Assembly (NCBI GenBank): GCA_951406725.2
Contig: OX597816.1
Coordinates: forward strand, 18,414,001-18,478,000
Origin: Octopus vulgaris
Taxonomy: Eukaryota
Reading direction: 5' to 3'
DNA: 64,000 nucleotides
In this document: one piece after another, positions 1-13,769 of the stretch
Position numbering within the stretch: the first letter of the stretch is position 1
Layout of the letters: every line of letters begins with the position of its first letter
The notes under the pieces: generated by a model
Database searches by the model: none
The model's input: only the letters and a program-made list of their open reading frames with translations
What the model was told of the DNA's origin: nothing
Position numbers and translations under genes: made by a program

Positions 1-789
1 GATGGTGATTATGATGATGGGAAGTGGAATAAATCACTATTATTTGTAGCTGCTTAAAAATATATTTCATCTCCAACTGTGGCAGGCTTTTAAGAATCAT
101 TTTTAAAAAATGTCCTCGCTGTCTCAATCTAGAAAATTTTACATTTGAACAAATAGTGCCATAAGGTCTGTGAATTGTTCCCATAAGATCATAAAGGTGA
201 TTCCATATGACCTGTTCATGAAAGAATATAGTTTGAAGGAATATGGCCTGTTATATATGGAATGTTGTTTTTGCTAGTGATGTTGTTATTGATTTTTTTT
301 TTCGTTTTTTTCCTCATTCTTTAACTTACACAAATATTTACATTTCTTTACATTATACAAATATTTGTATTGAAGCTTAAAGCACTGTCTGTATGTTTGA
401 TATTTTCTTTGTCTGTATTTTTCTTTAGATTTCATTTTGTCTTTTGAAGATAATTTGAGAGTTTGTTTATTTAGATTATTGAATCTACAGCAGCCGCTAC
501 TCTACCTCTTCCTGCTTTTTTTCCTGAGACAGCTATTTTGCGACAATTATAAATATTGCAAATGGCTATTTGCCAACAAAATATGCAACCAGTTAAACTT
601 GCCTCACGCCAAAAGATTCCTCTCCAACATGTAATGGTGTAGGAACTCAGACAATATAAATGTTTCAGTTTAGAAAAGTTGACAAAAACAAACTTTTATC
701 CGTAAGGTAACTCGGTTTAGTATGACCTCTCTCGAATTTTGACAAAGACCTGCCTGCGATTTAACAAGCCATTTCATTAATAATAACAA

Positions 790-815
790 TACTACTACTA
801 CTGCTTCAGCTGCTG

Positions 816-907
<92 letters not shown>

Positions 908-908
908 G

Positions 909-963
<55 letters not shown>

Positions 964-1017
964 TAATGATAATTAGAAGAAGAAGAAAAAGAAAAAGAAG
1001 AAAAAGAAGAAGAAGAA
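790..1017. repeat. Compound microsatellite (TAC)n-(TAA)n-(GAA)n
   Basis: Directly visible trinucleotide tracts; they explain the poly-L/V/Y ORFs. Confidence 0.97.
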
Positions 1018-1079
1018 TACAGACTACTAAAATACGAAATTGTTAGAGTATAGTCTATTAAAAGACATAATTGCAAGAG

Positions 1080-1420
1080 TAGAGACGATTAAAAGATGAA
1101 ATTGCAAGAATGTGGACTATGAAGAGAGTGTCTGCCATTCCAGAAGTTGCAGGGGCACTCGGAGCACTAACACCCAAGTGCGAGAAATATGTCAGGAAAT
1201 CGGAATTGAGATGACCTGTGGACAGCTAAGATTTTGAGATTGGTACTTATTTGTTGAATGTCTCCCACGATAATTAACAACCAGGTACCAAAGCTTATAA
1301 TGTGCGGAAAGAGACTGTGTGAGACCTCCGACTGCAGGTTGCTGTCCGCTCTCACAGAATCTACCAGAGCAAGCAAAATCGAGCGCTCTGAAAATTAAAT
1401 CAACAATAGTAATAATAATG
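1080..1420 (+). mobile_element. 3' fragment of R4/Dong-like RLE non-LTR retrotransposon
   Basis: Translates to RLKDEIARMWTMKRVSAIPEVAGALGALTPKCEKY, matching the RLE C-terminal motif EI.RMW...IP.V.GALG also seen at 35969-36200. It is followed by a putative 3' UTR and a TAA-rich tail. Confidence 0.75.
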
Positions 1421-2015
1421 GTATCCAACCAGTGTTGTAATATCCATGTCAGCTAATAGCAATTTTTAATTATTCATTTATATTTTTGGTTGAGCTCCGT
1501 AAATCTCTCCCAGAGGAAAAAGATCGCAAGAAGATATGTTCTTTCAAACATTTCGAAATATTCATACCTATCATGTCCACGAATCGTTTTTTTTTTTTAA
1601 TTAATTTTAATTAATGTCCCGATAGAAACACTTCCCGAAAAAGCTTCGGTCTTTTCTCCTCCGTACGCTTGACACCACCTACGCGCCCCCTATCCTCTAC
1701 CAGCAGTTACCCCTTCATCAAAGAAACAGCAGATTTGAACGAATCAATCATCTTCTAAGTCCATTAGAATAATGTGCCAGTAATCGTATACGACTAGTGA
1801 GCCAAGCTAACCCCCTGCTCTCTTGACACAGCGATGCAAAACCAATTCACACCCTCTACCACCTCAGAAAATGACTACTCCTTATAGATAGAGCAGCAAA
1901 CCTAGCAGGCTGAACATCACTATTCTATTTTGTAAGTTCACAGAAAATACTCGAAACAATAACGACAACGGCTCCCTCAACATCGCTGTCATTACAATGT
2001 CAGAAACAACCATGA

Positions 2016-2248
2016 TAGCGAGTTGGCAGAATCGTTAGCACGCCGGGCGAAATGCTTAGCAGTATTATGTCTGCCGTTACATTCTGAGTTCAAATTCCGC
2101 CGAGGTCGACTTTGCCTTTCATCCTCTCGGGATCGATTAAGTAAGTACCAGTTACGCACTGGAGTCGATGTAATCGACTTCATCACTTTGTCTGTCCTTG
2201 TTTGCCCCACCTTTGTTTTGACCCTTGTGGGCAATAGATAAATAAGAA
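2016..2248 (+). mobile_element. tRNA-derived SINE family A, monomer
   Basis: A box TGGCAGAATCGTTAG, B box GAGTTCAAATTC, core GTCGACTTTGCCTTTCATCC; flanking near-repeat aa(c/a)catgatagc. Confidence 0.9.
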
Positions 2249-2879
2249 ACAAACATGATAGCAGCAAAAATGAGCATAGAAAGAAAAGTAACACTTACAA
2301 AGCCACTGTGAATACAAGAAATAGCAAAGGAAAATATAACCATAACATTGAGTAGAATAAGAAAGCAATTAGGCCAAAAGAAACTGTATAGTTTACTACA
2401 GTGCTACCACCACAGACAGTAAGAATACAAGCAAATAATATTAATACTAAAAATAATATGCGCTGTGTATGGCATGAGACATCATCCGATTGTAGCGGCT
2501 CGACGTAGGATGCATTGGGTTACCCGTAACCACAACTATCTTCAGGTCATCGTGGGGCATGTAGTAGTCAAATACAAGGTATTTTACAAAAGAATGAATA
2601 AGGATGGAATTGAGATCAGTGTATACGAGGGTAGGCGTGGACTCTCTGAGCTTCGGTTAGCAACCAACCTATTGATGGTGTCACGATAAAAATACTACTG
2701 ATTGCACAATTGCTACCTCGAAATGAGTGATGTCAAAATTAAATAACAACCTCAATTGCCCTAACGAGACCGGAGATGTTACGGTGATGCTGTCACACAC
2801 GTCAGGCAAGGAGTGCCTGATCAATCTCCGGCAAGTCGTCATCAAGCCATTTATCAGGACTAGAATTGAAGTAACATAG

Positions 2880-3125
2880 ATATTGCAAGAATTTGAAATA
2901 TGAAAATTTTAAATATTGTACCTATAATAATTGGTGCATTGGGAACTGGAAACAAAGCTATAGACAAATGGTTGAAGGAAACTGGATTAGAATGTTGTAT
3001 AGAGCTTCTACAGAAAGTTTGCCTCTTATCGACAGGAAAGATTATGAATAGGGTTTTAATCACAGATTGTGGATTACTAAGGTAACAGGTAGTAATCCGC
3101 TGTCCACATAATTTATACCAGGAAT
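2880..3125 (+). mobile_element. 3' fragment of R4/Dong-like RLE retrotransposon
   Basis: ORF 2900..3085 (IVPIIIGALGT...LLQKVCLLSTGKIMNRVL) resembles the RLE C-terminus. Confidence 0.8.
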
Positions 3126-4179
3126 AAGAACGAACTTAAGTCAAGTCAATGATAATAACATAAAGGACGATGACGATTAGAAGATTAATAACCATGATGT
3201 TAATGGTGGTGATTACAAATCTTGCAACAAAGTAATCAATTTTAGAAGAGAAGTTAAATTGATAACAACACAAGTGTTCAACTGGTAATACATTGTTGAC
3301 CCCGAAAATATGAGTGGCAAAGGTGACCTCAGCTAGATTTGAACACGTACCCGGAAGAACCGAAAGAATTGCTTGTAAATATTTTTTCCAAGGGGATAAC
3401 AATTTGGCTAGCATACCAGCTTATTACTTTAAGAGTAATAATGATGAGGACACTGATGATAATGATAAAACAAGATATTCTATAATCTGGCACGGAATCA
3501 TTAATTATATAAGCAAGTATATAAACATTTCTCTTCAGTTTTTGTCGTATTAGCTTAGGGAGACTGAATGATCAAAGATGAGATAAGAAAAGCAAACTTT
3601 GTACTCTAATATTTCAGGGAAATATATTATCTCCTTTACACTTTTGTATAATTTTATTTGGTTCCATCTACAAATTTACAAACTGAGATAATTCAAAAGC
3701 TATGAATTCACTCCCTCTCCCTCCCTCTATCTCTCTCTGTCCCTCTCTCACACAAACTCACACACACACATGCACACATACAGTGCTTCAAAGTTGTGCA
3801 TATTTATATACATGTATGTATGCATGTCTGTCTGTCTGACTGCCTGTCTATCTATGTATCTGTACCCCACGCCCCCACGCACATATGTATATATATGTGT
3901 ATATATAAAACTGTGTTTGCGTATCTATCTATCATATATATATATACACACATACATGTATGTGTGTGTGTGTGTCTGATTGTAAAGGTGGGTGGGTGTG
4001 CTTCGTCTACTGTTTCCGGGAGATTACCGTCCCTGCTAGCATGTGTGTATGAAATTATGTGCTTTGACTGCAGTATTAAAGCGCTACAACTCTTATTTCT
4101 AAAATACCACCACGTGGACTCTATTGAGACTAGTAAGAAACAACTATGAACTTTTTTATTACGCTTAACTTTTAAAAAT

Positions 4180-4227
4180 ATTTTTGATAAGGTTCGTTGT
4201 TTCAAGAAGAACCGAAACTTGTAAAAT
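4180..4227 (+). ncRNA. Minimal type I hammerhead ribozyme motif, U3-A8 variant
   Basis: attt-TTGATAA-ggttc(13-nt loop)gaacc-GAAA-cttg-TA-aaat: stems I and II pair, GUA triplet, about 75 nt upstream of (TA)n at 4303. Confidence 0.6.
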
Positions 4228-4829
4228 CTCTAAGAAAATATGACAATTATAGTTTTCCTTGTTGGTAAAACATTGTACACCGCTACCGCTGACTATATTA
4301 ATGATATATATATATATATATATATATACACATTTATGTACACGCACAAACACGTAAATAATAATTAAAATCTATGTCACTTTTGTACCGATATAAAACT
4401 ATTTACAAGGGATAATGGCCTGTCAGTACGCTACACGTAAATTAAATCTTTTGGCGTTGAGAGAACTAATTGTGACAAGGAAGATCCAGAACTGAATCAC
4501 AAACCATGTCACGTAACAGGATTCGAAGCACGACAAGATAAAACAAAATATCTGTTTGACACAACCAATACCCTATAGACATGCAGCCCACACGAAAATG
4601 AACAAAATCAACAAGCAAGAAATAACACATATTGCCTATAACCAACAACGAAATATTAAATGAAACAGAAATATAAATATACACGATTCCAAGCAAATCA
4701 GATGCTGAATACAAATGCTATACAAGACCACCAAAATACAAAATTATCCTAATCTTTGGATCATACTTAGTGTTTCCGTTAAAAAGGTGCTTGAAACAGA
4801 CAGAAAGCACGATAATAATGATAATATTC

Positions 4830-5160
4830 CTTTCCACTAAAGCCACAAAGCCTTAAATTTCGTGGAAGGGACTGAAAGATTACATTGATCACAGTGTTTC
4901 AGTGGTATTTAATTTATCGACCTCGAAAAGATGAAAGGTTAAGTCCACCTCGGCGAAACTTGAACTCAAAACATAAAGATGGATGAAATGCCGCCAAGCA
5001 TTTTACCCGGCACGCAAACGATTCGGCGAGCTCGCCGCCTTGAATATAAGAATAATGATAATATTGGTTTCAAATTTTGCCACAAGTGCAACAATTATGT
5101 ACTGTGTTTCACTAGTACTTAATTTATCGACCCTGAAAGGATGAAAGGCAAAGTCGACTA
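4830..5160 (-). mobile_element. Decayed SINE family A copies
   Basis: Two copies of the core TTTATCGACC..GAAA.GATGAAAGG and a reverse-complement head near 5020-5040. Confidence 0.75.
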
Positions 5161-5635
5161 TTAATACTATAATTTTATAAATTATGTGTATTATCATACT
5201 TTCGTTTATAGGGAAATTTAGTAAAAGGCAACGAAACGCTTGATACGAATTAAAATCGCTAATATGTGAAGATTCTAAAAATGAATTGGTTAAGGAATAA
5301 TTCTCAATCATATTTGCTTCAATGATATATTGGATTCGTAAAATTGTCCCATTTATTCCCTGGGATTTAGAACCGTTCATAAAATATTTCGACAATACTA
5401 AATAATCAATTTAATTCATCAAATTAACGTTGCCCTGTTCCTATAAAAAAAATCCTAGTTGAAGTGATATATCGTTTGTCATATAAAATATATACCTTGG
5501 TTTTAAGAATTCTCAAAAGAACAATAGTATTCGGATTTTCATAACCTTTATAGGATAAGATCGTTAATTTAAATTAAATAACGATCTTATCAAATAGCCA
5601 GCATGGAAATAAAAACCTTCAAAGGTATTAATTTT

Positions 5636-5871
5636 TATACAAATTATAACTTAGGGCATCTACGAGTTACCACCATGCTGAAAATAACAGCCAGGATCTG
5701 ACTGCAAACCCAGAAATCCGGGATCTGGAATTATCCAGGAATTTTTTACTAGTTTTATTTTGTCTTTTTGTCTTCTCTCCTTGTGCTAAATGAACACTTA
5801 AGGTGGTTATAGAGTCAGATCCTGGCTGGTATTTTCAGCACGGCGTTATCTCGTAGATAACCTAAGTTATA

Positions 5872-5878
<7 letters not shown>
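5636..5878. mobile_element. Inverted-repeat element abutting (TA)n
   Basis: Arms 5636-5703 and 5813-5878 are imperfect reverse complements; (TA)n follows at 5877-5939. Confidence 0.7.
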
Positions 5879-5943
<65 letters not shown>

Positions 5944-6736
5944 TTTATGCCTACATACATACATGTGATGCCGTGGAAGCGTGCCAGTGGAAAGGTAACG
6001 GTTACTGCGCCGAAAAGTTTGACTCCAAATAAAGAAGGTCTAAAAGAAGTTAGATTTTGTGTACGTTACAATGGCGTGTTATGTGAGAGTGGCCTACATC
6101 TCTCCTTCATTAAAACTCCCACCACCTCTGCGACGCCTGCTCTTTTCTTCAACGCTTTTATTGCAAGTATTGCTTCTGCTCTTACCGATACTCTGCTAAT
6201 AAAACTGATACAGTCTCTAATACTAAAGACAGTGTCATTGCTATGGTATGAACTTATCGCCAATCTTTAATATCAACATTCCTAGAAAGGAGCAAAGGAC
6301 ATTTTTCTAATTACTACTGTGACCTAGCAGCCATATAATTGCTTCAGCTTTCTAATGTAATTATTACTTGTTTTCGGTTTTAAAGAGATAAAGCTACAAA
6401 CTGTGTGATTATCGAGTAGGTGCTGGTACTGTGCATAATCATTTAGGCTAAAAGTTCTTGAAGTATTAGAATTTACTATCTTTTTGGAGATGGGGAAACG
6501 ACATCGTTCAGCTTATAGGTACTTTGAACGAAAACTAGATATCAATCCACAAACATTAAATTTTAATTTCACAGAAACGTATTAATATTTAGACTTGGAG
6601 AAGAATCTGATTTCTGTGCGTGAAATATTGTCATTATTAATGTTATATAATTCAGTACTCAGTTTCCGGATTCCATTTTTCTTACTAAATCCTATTTTGT
6701 AAGCAATAGCATCATTTGAGTTCCAAAGGGTAATAT

Positions 6737-6968
6737 CTATTTATTTACTACCCTCAAGGGGCTAAACACAGAGGGCACAAACAAGGACAGACAAACGGAT
6801 TAAGTCGGTTATATTGATCCCAGTGCGTAACTGGTACTTAATTTATCGATCCCGACAGGATAAAAGGCAAATTTGACCTCGGCGGAGTTTGAACTCAGAA
6901 CGTAACGGCAGACGAAATATGGCTACGCATTTCGCCCGGCGTGCTAACGTTTCTGCCAGCTCGCCGCC
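6737..6968 (-). mobile_element. SINE family A monomer with TSD
   Basis: Full head and body; TSD TCCAAAGGGTAATA at about 6722 and 6970. Confidence 0.92.
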
Positions 6969-7689
6969 CTCCAAAGGGTAATACTTAACTGCAAAGTAAC
7001 TGAATAGAATCAACGATTGAATCGGACAAAACAAATTATTCGTATTCGAAAGCACAGCGTTATTTTGAGAGATCTATGATGAGTATATACACGACATCCA
7101 TGTTTGTGTCAACTCAGAGAGCCGCAATCTTTCGTTTCTTATATGATAATTCGGGAATTAACACTAAGTAGCATTCCCTCAATGAAATCTCTTTGAATGT
7201 TAACAGCTTTCCTTTTACGTAATTCAGTTTAATCATAGAAATGGTCCATCAAAGAGGCAATTAAGCTTTGGTGTGGTAGGAAAGCATGATCTGATTCTTA
7301 GAAGTGAATATCTCATATTTTATTTATCCTTCGTATACAACTCGATCTTCAAGTATGCTTTGATTAGCGCTCAAATAGAAAACATTACACACTTAAGACT
7401 ACTTCATTAACATTTCCAAGAAACTTAAATGCATACATTTAAAACATTAAGATAGCTACAGTCAACAAGGTAAAGTATTCGAATGCAAGCTTCCACGCAA
7501 GCCTCTACAATGTAAACTAATGAAGGTGCAGTTTTCTGCATATGCTAATATTAATCACAAATATAAAATGCCGCACTCGCGCATACGTGTGTGTACTTGT
7601 ATGTTTCAGATATATAAAATGTTTATATGTACTAGGGTACTACATAAGCACCTGCTTCGCTAAAAATACAAATCAAGATACTTCTAAGC

Positions 7690-8122
7690 CACAAAGAAAA
7701 CAGAAGGGGGATCTACGCACGACATCTTCATTTAATTCGTCCTTAGTCGAAAGACATCTGTTGTTAATGTCCTGTTGTTTGTATTTGCATTTGTATTTGT
7801 GTACCATTTCTCCGTTTTTTTTCCGTCCTTGTTTTCGTATACATTCACTGCTGTCTTCGATGGAATTTAGTGCTCTTAGCTTAGATTTTCCTTGGAGCTA
7901 GCCAGATTGGGGCGGTCACGAGTATAACCAGCCCAAACTGCAAATCCAATCTGGAACTCAACTGACGAAAGAAAACTCCGAATTATTCATCCTTGTTTTT
8001 TCTTGTCCCTTTTTTGTATCTTCTAATTGTTTGGATGCTTTGTTGTCCCCTCTTTGGTGTCCACTAACTTCCTGGATGTTTTACGTTCTTGTCCAATTTT
8101 TTGTATTCTTTTATATATATAT
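7690..8122 (+). mobile_element. Decayed pLTR-like element ending in (TA)n
   Basis: T-rich body ending at (TA)n; degenerate hammerhead-like CTGACGA...CCGAA at 7962-7985. Confidence 0.35.
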
Positions 8123-8284
8123 AGTGTTAGGTGTGATGTACAAATATTGAATATTCAGAAACAAGGTCGCCAGAATTTCAGAAAATGTATTTTACTTTAT
8201 GCATTAATGTTATCGTTTTGCTCGTTAGTCGAACATGTCAAATACAATTTTGTGAATGTACAAACAGCTTTTATACTTTTATCC

Positions 8285-8500
8285 TTTTATTTCTTTCAGT
8301 CATTTTGACTGTGACCATGCTGGAGCACCGCCTTTAGTCGACCACATCGACTCCAGGACTTATTCTCTGTAAACCCAATACTTATTCTATCGGTCTCTTT
8401 TGCCGAACTGATGAGTTACGGGAACGTAAACACTCTTGCATCAGTTGTCAAGTGATTCTGGAGGGCCAAACACAGACACACAAACATATATACGCACATA
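8285..8500 (-). mobile_element. SINE family B, 3' part
   Basis: CATGCTGGAGCACCGCCTTTAGTCGA... is shared with the full copies at 31515, 44435 and 48410. Confidence 0.85.
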
Positions 8501-9555
8501 CATATATATATATACCAATGCAATACAAAGTCCTCTGTATAACAATGGTTGAATAAAGACAACATGTTTATTGAAAAGTATTAGCTACACAACAGTATGA
8601 ATAAATAATCAATTTTATATTACATAATTATTTTAGTTCTTAAACATCTAACTTGTTAATCTACATATAATAATTTTATATCACTGCTTCTAATAATAAC
8701 AATCACTGATTACCTCTTCTAAAATGTATTTACCTTGTGATGCATTTATAAAGTATCTCTTTCCTGCTAACATGGAAAAAGTAGCATTATGATAGCATGC
8801 AAAATTATTTCTCTGATGTGCATGAATGAAACCGGTTGACTATGTAAGACTTAGTTTCATAAATGTATAAATTCTTAGTATATTTTATATATATATATGT
8901 ACAAATGAATGTGTATTGTCTATGCATTTACATATGTTTGCATGTATGTATATGCAATATGTATATTATTTCATTATATGTCGCCACTTTTACTTTTAGA
9001 AACACTATGAGAAAAGAAAATAGTTCTAACGTGGAAATTTGAATTAGATCAAACCATAAGTAATACGAAGTCCAGTTTCAGTTGAAATAAGCCTCCTTCA
9101 AAAATCCAGAGCAGTCATGAATTCGATTTCTATCCAATACATTTTTTTTTTTACTAAATATTCTACATGCTACAATGTATGTTGTAGTCATCATCATGCG
9201 TGTCTGTGCTCGGAGCACAATGCCAGAACGAAATACGGCTAACGATTCTGGCGGGGTGCCAACTACTCTGGAAGATTACTTTGCATTTCATTTTTACGGA
9301 GTCTATAAAATAACCGACAGTCTAGTACTGGGATCAATGTAATCGATTTTCATTTCCCTCAGAAACTACTGGTACTATGCATGATTTATTCCACCGCCGG
9401 TGCCGGACACTTATGATATTCTTTGAAATTAGAAATTTACTTCTATACAAGATGACTGCTTGGGACTGCAATTTTGCAGCATTCTTTGATTATGGTAATG
9501 TTAAATAGGATATATATATATATATATATTTATATATAATTAATTAATTATTAAT

Positions 9556-9846
9556 TAATATCAGAGTAATAAAGAATTTTTAGAATGTTCTACTTCCAGT
9601 GACCTAGCGTATAAAACATTAGTCAATACACTTTATATTATTCATATAAATACAGTGTACATTTAAACACATAGGAGGTATACGTCATAGGATTCTTATA
9701 AACATTTACCATATAGATGGTAAATGTTATTATTTTTCATTCCCTTCGGAGTTTTACCGTAATAGTGTTTTGGATTTTAGCTGTTCCTTCTCGCATGCAA
9801 GACTTTTTTGACGGATACCTCTTAGGTGTTTAAATGTACACTGTAT
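9556..9846. mobile_element. (TA)n-flanked asymmetric inverted-repeat element
   Basis: Arms ATACAGTGTACATTTAAACAC (about 9650-9688) and the reverse complement (9809-9846); same family as 12364-13130. Confidence 0.75.
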
Positions 9847-9863
9847 ATATATATATATGTATA

Positions 9864-9941
<78 letters not shown>

Positions 9942-10503
9942 TAAATATATACTTATACACATACATATATATATGTATGTATGTATAAGTGTATGCATAT
10001 ATTATGTATATAGTTGTGAATTTCATGATGGATATTTGCATAAACGTCGGTTGCTATATGTGCTGGAGCTGCGTTTCTTTTATTCTTATTTATTTAAAGT
10101 ATATTTTAACTGATAAAATAAGTATGTCTCCTATAATATTGGCATTTCAATGTTAGCTATTTGTAAGTGGAATGAAAATATTGTGTTAAATGTGGACATC
10201 TAAAGTAACATTAAGAAATGCAATTCTAAAACCGAGATCTTGTCCATGACAATTTGTTTTTTCGCAGTCACTTCAGTAGTGATATTTCAGGAAGACACGA
10301 TTTCGTGCAATCAACAAGTAAAGTTCACGTCGAGCAGTTTGCATTCGCCTATTGAAAGAGCTTCTATTTACCATTGAAAAGTTTGTTGCCAGCATGTCTA
10401 AAGTAACACAAAGTATAACATACATGTGTAGCTACACATAACCATCCCTACATCCATCCATATATATATGATATTTGTTGTAAGTACATAAGCATATATA
10501 CAT

Positions 10504-10555
<52 letters not shown>

Positions 10556-11490
10556 AGAGAGAGATCCTTGGAAAGGTAGGTAGATATGATAGAGAAAGAC
10601 ATAAATAGATTGATACAAATGCATGTAGGTATTCATATAAATGTGGATATAAATGTATGAGTATTCGTCTGTGTGTGTGTATTACGTATGTATACCGTAA
10701 TAAGGTGGAAGGGAGAGATATACAAAGAATTATTGATAGATAAGCATGTAGGTAGCCGTATATTGATACGTGTGTACATCATTTCTTTAATAGGTACCGC
10801 ATTGTGAAAGAAACAATAAACTAGGATAAGAAATTACAATACAGAGAAACCAGTGTAATGGCGGATTATTGTTCCTTATTTGAAATAGTTAGAGATTTAT
10901 ATATATAGAGGGACAATACAGAAATACTTATCCACACACATTCAGATATATATTTGAAAGGTTGAAATAAATCTTGATAGCATTAATATCATACGGCATT
11001 CATTGTATCTAGGAATAAATAGCAATATATTCTACTATGTAGCTTTAAAACATTACTGAAATAAAAGTTTGGCAATATATAGGAGACATACTGTGATATG
11101 TATGATATGCATGCTGAATGTTTTGCACACACACACACACACGCATACACACACGCGCGCGCGCATACACACTCACACATTTGTAAAAATATTACCATAT
11201 GATACTCATACAAGTACATGGGTTATGTACAATTATACTCGCACAAACAGACTAACAAAAGGATAGATACACACACACAAATTCATTCATTTATTCATTC
11301 TGTTATACATACCTAACTGCACACACACGCACGCACACATACATATATATACCTATGTATGCAATTATATGTATAATCATATATATATATATATATGTAT
11401 ATATGTACATATGTACATATAATTATATAAATATATATGTATATATATATATACACAAAGATATATATATATATATATACACACACAATG

Positions 11491-11522
<32 letters not shown>

Positions 11523-11591
11523 ATATATATGTATATAGAAGTATCTAAAAAAATATATATATATATACAATCACTCTCACGCACACATACG

Positions 11592-11637
<46 letters not shown>

Positions 11638-12259
11638 AACAAACTCGTAAGAATTTGTGTATGGAAATGTTCATTTGAAAAGAAGTGTAGAGATAAAATA
11701 TAATATATGCGCATGTGTGTGTGTGTGTGTGTGTGTGGGTGTAGTCTTACCTATGCGTATGAATATATAAAATTTTACTACTGAGGAAAAACGAATGAAG
11801 GAGAGCACGAGAGAGAAAAAGAGATGGAGATTTAGTGAAATCTCCCAAAACATTCATTTTTTTGTCATACAACACACAAATATCTATGAATAGTCTCAAT
11901 AAAGAAAAAAGGGAAATTGATACATAAACCGAACTTGAAAAAAATATGAATGTACTTTAATGTGTGAGTAAAAGAATGATATATTGAATACCTATCTATC
12001 TATTTATCTATCTATCTATCCATTTATACAATTGTCTCTCTCACGCTCTCTCTCTATGTCTCCGTCAATTTATCACTCTCGTATTCTTTTTTAGTGTTCA
12101 TTTGCCACTCTATTCCTATATTTTGCATATTCTGGGAGGTATATCTTCCCAGTGTTCAAGACAAAGAGCAACAAATTTGCATCGCATTCTTTATATATTT
12201 GACTGAAATTCCATAGATTTGCGAACGTATCAATTAGTCAATGTATATATACGTGTACG

Positions 12260-12318
<59 letters not shown>

Positions 12319-12363
12319 TGATCATGTTTGTGTGAGAGTGTACGCATATATTTATATATATAT

Positions 12364-13130
12364 ATACAGTGTACATTTCAACACATAATAGGTGACCATC
12401 ATAGGACACCTAGCATGCTAGGTGTCATATGATGGTAATCTCTTATGTGTTTAAATGTACATTGTATTTATATGAATAACTAGCAGCTAAGCCATGTTTC
12501 ACTTGGTCTGTTTGGATGATGTTGCTATGATCGTTTTTGGTTAGGCATAATCTATAACAGCATTTCTCAACCTTATCATTTCGGGTCTCCTGTTTCGATT
12601 TGCGCGTGTTTATGTGAGAGACAAAGTCCTCAAAGCACTCTACTGTCTAAATCCGACAATTCTACCTATTATGTATTTTCAATGAGAAACTGTAACTACA
12701 GATTAAGTTTATTAACCCCACAAAGAAGTGAAAGAAGAAAGACAGCAATAGCGAAAGTTTTGGCTGACTGTCATCCTGTACTCCCCTCGTTGCTAGCGAA
12801 ATGGTATATGCCGGCTGTGTGAGGAACTCGTTTTAATGGCAGAACAAACACGGGAATTCCATTAGAAAAGTTTTAATCCATTTTCTCGCTAACTATGGAG
12901 GCTATGAACTAAAAACACAAGCCGCATTCCAATCTATGCACCCGGCTTCATATGTGTGCCTTTCTTCACGCTAGTCCACGGAGCCGTTCGGCTCTGAACC
13001 TCAAGAAAGAATACAACGATCGCCCATGTCCAACTTATATTATACATATATAATCTGTTGACTTGTTTTCTACATGCTAGGCCACTGGTAGTAAACAATT
13101 CTAAATGTTTTTTCTTATCCTGATATTATA
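12364..13130. mobile_element. Second copy of the 9556 family, interrupted by a Helitron
   Basis: Hairpin 12364-12467 centred on CTAGCATGCTAG; 12460-12479 joined to 13049-13128 aligns to the reverse complement of 9556-9660. Confidence 0.75.
12480..13048 (-). mobile_element. Non-autonomous Helitron
   Basis: Minus-strand 3' end has an imperfect hairpin then CTAG; inserted between A and T without TSD, with the empty site GAATAA|TATAA seen in the paralogue near 9640. Confidence 0.7.
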
Positions 13131-13140
13131 TGTATATATA

Positions 13141-13427
13141 TCACCGTGACCGCCCAGACTATCAGATGTTGCTACACATCGCTGATCACATTGCGGTTCT
13201 CATTGTTTTAGCCTTCAAATGACGCCACCCCACCGGCTAAGCGAGCAGGCCGACAGAAGAACGAGTGAGAGAATTTGTGGCGAAAGAGTACAGCAGGGAT
13301 CGCCACCATCCCCTGCCGGAGCCTCGTAGAGCTCAATAAACACACAAAACACCCAGTCTGGGAATCGAAACCGCGATTATCCGACCGCGAGTCAACTGCC
13401 CTAACCACTGGTCCATTGCGCCTCCAC

Positions 13428-13428
<1 letters not shown>
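13141..13428 (-). mobile_element. tRNA-derived SINE family C (tail type 1)
   Basis: Head GTGGAGGCGCAATGGACCAGTGGTTAGGGCAG...GGTTTCGATTCCC. Confidence 0.88.
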
Positions 13429-13524
<96 letters not shown>

Positions 13525-13712
13525 ATTATATAAAAGGGCTTAGTAAAATAAATTACTTTGCCGCATACTGAACTCATTAGAAATAGCAGCTAAAAAAACT
13601 TTTTTAAAACTATCTCCAATACTTAAAGAAAATCTCTCTCGTATAGTGTTTGCTCAATTCAACTCACGAAAGTATGAGGGTAGAGACATTAAAAAATCAA
13701 ATGCAAAGGTTA

Positions 13713-13769
13713 TTTGAGAACGTACGTTTCAAGATTAGTCAAATCGACACTTCTATCATCAGCTCAGAA
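13713..13769 (-). ncRNA. Hammerhead-like motif, copy 1
   Basis: Reverse complement of 15014-15070. Confidence 0.6.

Noticed and set aside
60-780. Possible decayed transposon coding sequence
   Set aside because: No interpretable motif found in any frame by eye.
5947-6270. Overlapping 107-aa and 65-aa ORFs
   Set aside because: No recognisable domain; cannot be distinguished from chance ORFs without a search.
8805-8845. Hammerhead-like CTGATGT...GAAACCGGTT near (TA)n
   Set aside because: Stems I and II do not pair convincingly; at best a decayed relic.
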